DNA from: Hypanus sabinus
Taxonomy: Eukaryota
Assembly: GCF_030144855.1 (NCBI RefSeq)
Contig: NC_082726.1
Location: 31,682,001 to 31,746,000, forward strand
Direction: 5' to 3'
Length of the DNA stretch: 64,000 nt
Below the pieces are notes generated by a model that did not search any database, was not told where the DNA came from, and saw nothing but the letters and a program-made list of their open reading frames with translations. This document shows, piece after piece, positions 59,624 to 64,000 of the stretch. Position 1 is the first letter of the stretch. Each line of letters starts with the position of its first letter. The position numbers and the translations under genes were made by a program.

Positions 59624-62600
59624 TACTGGGTTTGTTGACCATCTGATTCCAGACTCAGAATGAAGATCTTAAGCCCAATTTGATATAGATAGCTATCGGT
59701 GACCTCACTAAAGGGAGGTTATACTGTAACCATCTGCTCTTCAAATGCTAGTTCATTTCCCTGTTTATCCTCTGCGATGCGTTGAGCTGCTTTTACACCC
59801 TATCTAAGCAGTGGTCCCTTCTCCCAACCAACTAGGAGATGCTTCTAGCTAACAAAGTAGTTCAAACACAATTCATTTATTTTTAGTGATACATATTTAA
59901 ATTCAAACAACATTCTTTAAAAAGCATTTAAATCTCACAGAGGATTCTATTTTACAAAAAATTCCAGATTACAGATGATTTCTAAATTACACATGATTTC
60001 AAAAACACAGGTACAATCCCTATAAGGTATTCCCACAAGTAGCAGATAAACAAGTTGTCCCTAGCAGAAATCAAAGGCAGAGGAATGGATTCTATTTCAC
60101 CCTGTCTTTCTGACATTCTTCTTGATGTTCTTATATTATTCCTAACAAGCCTGACTGCTCTCTTATATTTATACTGTTTTTCAACTACTTGTGTGACTTT
60201 TTCAGACACCTTTTTACCCAGGTGATCTAAAGGCTTCTGGGGACAGAGTTCCCAAACACCCGAAATTAGTGATGTGAAGCTGACTCTTTGAGTACACTAA
60301 TCTTCCCACTATTAATAGAGCAGCTATTTGATGTGTTAAGATTAATCTGGCCTGCAAGCTTCCTTGAACTAAATAACTTACACAACATTGTCTGGTTTGA
60401 TATAAGCCAATTAACATAACCCCATTGTCTTCTATTTCACCTCTTACCATTGAGCACTGCGTGCTGTGGGCCGTCAGTTTATGTTTTATAGACTGTGTTG
60501 TTTGTTTGCAAAGCTGCCCTTTTAATTTCAGACTGATTATTGCTTGTCACTTTTTAATAACGGAAGACGCGTTCCTGTTTACAACAAGAAGTTGAACAAA
60601 GAATATTGGTTGGAAGTTTAACAAAAACAACTCCTTGATCTGTAGAAGTGCCACTGTTAGAAATTTGAGTTTGGTTAAAAAAAGGCCCCCTGATCCTGGA
60701 CAGTGAATATCCATCATGCCTATACAAATTCTGTCTGTTGTCAGGATGTGCCAATGTCAGCTGATGGAGTCTTTGCCTCTTGCCTGCTGAGGGTTCCAGG
60801 ATGTTACCTCAGTTTCTTTTTCTGCAGATGTTTCCTGACCTGATGAGTACTGACAGCATTCTCTGTTTTCAGTAGAATTTCTGGGTTTTCCATTTCTATA
60901 ATTGATCTCGCCAGGTTGGATGCAACTTTATAGAAAAAGTGATAGCAAGCTAACTTATGCAGAATATATTCCAACCTTCCATAAGGGAATCACTGCTTTG
61001 GTCCTCCATCAGATTTTATTCTCATTTACCTCAATCCCGATTACAAGTGCCAGGATACAACATATTTACAACCCCATCTTCTCCACTATTCTGCTCACGA
61101 GGTTAAATTAAAAATTAACCGCCAGTCTCACTGGAGATGCCATCTTCAGTAAAGTTTTAAGTTACTTTAGTATTGGAATTGTTACAAACACTTGAGGGAA
61201 GCTTGCTTCAATGTTTGATAAAACACTAAGATTGATTGGCTTGAATGAGCTGCTGCTGGGTTGAGATGTTAAAGGAACCTCGTGGGAGGCAAGAAACTTG
61301 TGAATTTTATAATTCTGCTTTTGGGTAAAGTTACAAAGATCTCCAAATATAGAGAAATGCTTTATTGAGTTACTAATTACTATGATAGTTGAAGTTTTTA
61401 AACAATAATTGTTCAGAGCAGCTGAGCCCACGCCAGTCCAGGTAAGTAGCACAAAATTATGCAAATTCCTCTCCTGTTAGCAAAACTTTTGCAACTAAGG
61501 TTTCCCTTAAAAAGTAAACATGTCAAAAGGAGAATTGTGGTATTTAAGTCTCGACTTGCTTTATCAGATTAGGAACTATGCAACAGAAATATACAGCACA
61601 TTTATTCCAGCTGATTAGCTCATTATCACAATTCAGTGAAGTATTCAGGGTCTGTAAACACCAATACTAAAGTTGATTAATTCTTTAAAGTAAAATACTG
61701 GCCAAGCCGTAATCTTTCTCTGGACTTTTTTTCATTGGATTTTCACTTTGGATCACAAGATTCATCTGAATAAAATCTGTAAACACAAGAGTACTCCACA
61801 TATCAACATAAAATTGGAGTTGCTTTCTTAGCACTGTATATTTTAGAAGGAAAATATTTGGATACTTTTTCATCTGCAATTCATATTAGGTTAGTTTGCA
61901 TCTGTAAGCCAGATTTGTGGAGCACGCATCACTTGGCTATTACAAAATATATCAGAACTGGAGAAAACAGAACATCCATTCCAGATGTAAGAACTCAAAA
62001 TCACAATTTACCAGCGATGCTAACTGAGGCTAAAAATGCTGAACATTTGTTTCTCATAACATATTTTTAAGAAGTTTACTCTTTTGCTTTTTATGAATAT
62101 TAGCTATGTTTTTCCACAACATGGTCCATGCAATTAACCAAGCAATGGCTGTCAGGAGTCAAAGAATGAAGAAAGCGGATCACTGGACCACAGTGTCTGT
62201 GCTTGTTCTGGGCAGAATGTTCCTCAGTGGTGTGTATTCTCCTCTGGAGTCCGGTTGTAGGTTCAAGCTTGGCTGCAAAATTGAGAGCCCAACTTCTCAG
62301 CAGGCAGCTCTGTGCCACTCCAAGAGTGTTCTGCCACTGTACTGTTTGACTGAGAAGTTAAATCAATGCTCTTTCAGTTTGCTTTGGTGGATGGAAAAGA
62401 TCCCGTAGCTCTATTCTGAGAGACGTGGGTTTCAGTAGTACCCAACCAATACTGTTCCCTCAGTCAACATTACGATGCAGATAGAATGTAGAACATAGTA
62501 CAGAACAGAAAGAGGCCTTCAGCCCATGATATTGTATTGAATTACTTAAGCTAGTATTCAAATACCTAATTGAACTAATCCCTACTGTCTACACAAAAGA

Positions 62601-63340
62601 CTCCTGATGATTTTATAGACATTGCTCCTTAACTTCCCTGTTCTTGCACTCTATCCCTTATGAGTGAAGGCAAACATCCTTAAGTCTTCTTTACCAAACT
62701 TACCAATTACCCGACCCCCACTCCCATCTGCTTGTGCTGTCAACTTCAGGGGTCTTTGCTGAGGACCTCCAGATTTTTTCTGGCACTATGAAAGAAGGAA
62801 AATCAAAGAGGAATTTTCACTTAAAGCATGATAGGTCCAGCTTTGAACCATGACACCAACTTATATTTATCTGGGCTTGAGAAACTGAGGAAGAATGAGT
62901 CTTTTCATGATGTTGCGAATTATCACACTGATATCTGTAAAAGGCAAAATCTTCTCAGTATTACCCCAGCTGAGTGCAGCAGACTCAGATGGCAGTCTTG
63001 AGAGACAGATGCTGTCTCTGTTTGTAGATGTTGATAAATGTCATACAAATAAATAAGCATTAATCTTTCTTTTCAGAATCATAAGACTGAAATGCTGTGA
63101 CGCAGCACAACCCATAATTATAAAGAAACACACGTAAAGCTGGAAACACAGTGGATCAGGAAGGGAAATGGACAGTCGAGGTGTTGGGTTGGAAGATAGA
63201 AGATGAGTTTGAGGAAAGGAGTAGAACAAGAGCAGGCGGTTGATAGGTTTGTCCAGTTGAGAAAGGGAGGGGAAAGTAGAGATAGCAATAAAAGTTGGGA
63301 AGTGATAGAAGGACACAACCCGCTGAGTTTCTCCGGCTCA

Positions 63341-63496
63341 TGCTCATGCTACTTAAGTACTCGTTTCTTGTGTTAAGGAGTGTCAGGGAACCTTACACTT
63401 ATGTGGACACAAGAATCTGCAGTCTCGTGTCCACATAAGTATAAGGTTCCCTGACACTCCTTAACACAAGAAACGAGTACTTAAGTAGCATGAGCA
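63341..63496. repeat. Near-perfect palindrome (74-bp arms, 8-nt centre)
   Basis: 63341-63414 is the reverse complement of 63423-63496 with 2 mismatches. Confidence 0.97.
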
Positions 63497-63550
63497 ATGA
63501 ATCATATTCAAACTGCTTCAGACAAAATGTGACAGTGAAGTAAAGAAGGA

Positions 63551-64000
63551 TGTTGTATATTTAATATTTCAGTAATATTTGAGTAATATTGTAAATATAT
63601 TGTTTGATTATGTATTCTTTGTTTACATAATTCATTATGGGTTGTATGCAAGAAATTCGTGAATGCCATACGTCATTATGTCATTATGCCATTATGCCAC
63701 CATGTCATATGTGTGCGCCTCGCTACAGTAAAATTAAATGTACACAGTTATTTCTGGCACAACATCTTTTTTTTATTGATTAGTTATATGTTTTGGAGTT
63801 AGAAAACATAATGGAGGCAACGAGGAAGTTTTAAATGGACCTGAAGCACCTACCTACTTGTTTAAATGCAGTGAGATGGTCGAGTATAAAAAAGTGCAAC
63901 ACGGTTTTATTTCTTCAGAAGCACAGCAAGACGTTGGAGTTAAAATAAAAGGCAAAAAGCAGACAAAACAGTGAGTAATGGGTGATAATGATAATAAAAG
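63551..64000 (+). mobile_element. Probable degenerate Gypsy 5' LTR (~63551-63811) and leader, continuing beyond the window
   Basis: TGTTGTATA start, AT-rich LTR, followed by TGGAGGCAACGAGG resembling a tRNA-Ser-type PBS (TGGCGACGAGG). Confidence 0.5.

Noticed and set aside
1-64000. CRISPR arrays, operons or prokaryotic defence systems
   Set aside because: The sequence is an intron-containing vertebrate locus; no regularly spaced repeat-spacer array was seen.

Overview
Vertebrate genomic DNA, not microbial. The repeat content (CR1, Rex1/Babar, Penelope-like elements with hammerhead motifs, Gypsy) suggests a cartilaginous fish, probably a batoid ray; that assignment is an inference. Positions 1-~28.4 kb hold the 3' half of SORBS1 (CAP/ponsin) on the + strand. 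Twelve coding exons can be joined in frame by hand: a large alternative exon, the 168-nt coiled-coil exon, three SH3 domains, the proline-rich insert between SH3-2 and SH3-3, and a stop at 26945, followed by a ~1.4 kb 3'UTR. The rest is intergenic and transposon-rich: two full-length but disabled Gypsy LTR retrotransposons (CsRn1-type at 34557-38691, Mag-type at 49355-53746), solo LTRs, hAT and Tigger-like DNA transposons, a Tx1 fragment, a tRNA-SINE and a multi-level nest of insertions. The most notable observations are: (1) the young Mag-type Gypsy has no tRNA primer-binding site; its place is taken by a perfect 16-nt complement of its own LTR poly(A)-signal segment, and its RT motif is YLDN; (2) a near-intact minimal hammerhead ribozyme and many decayed copies in Penelope-like termini; (3) a 74-bp-arm palindrome that pairs fully as minus-strand RNA; (4) an MBNL/QKI-like motif cluster after the 168-nt SORBS1 exon; (5) a strong CTCF site just downstream of SORBS1. 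I did not find a clearly new multi-gene system. All homology calls come from recalled family sequences, not database searches.
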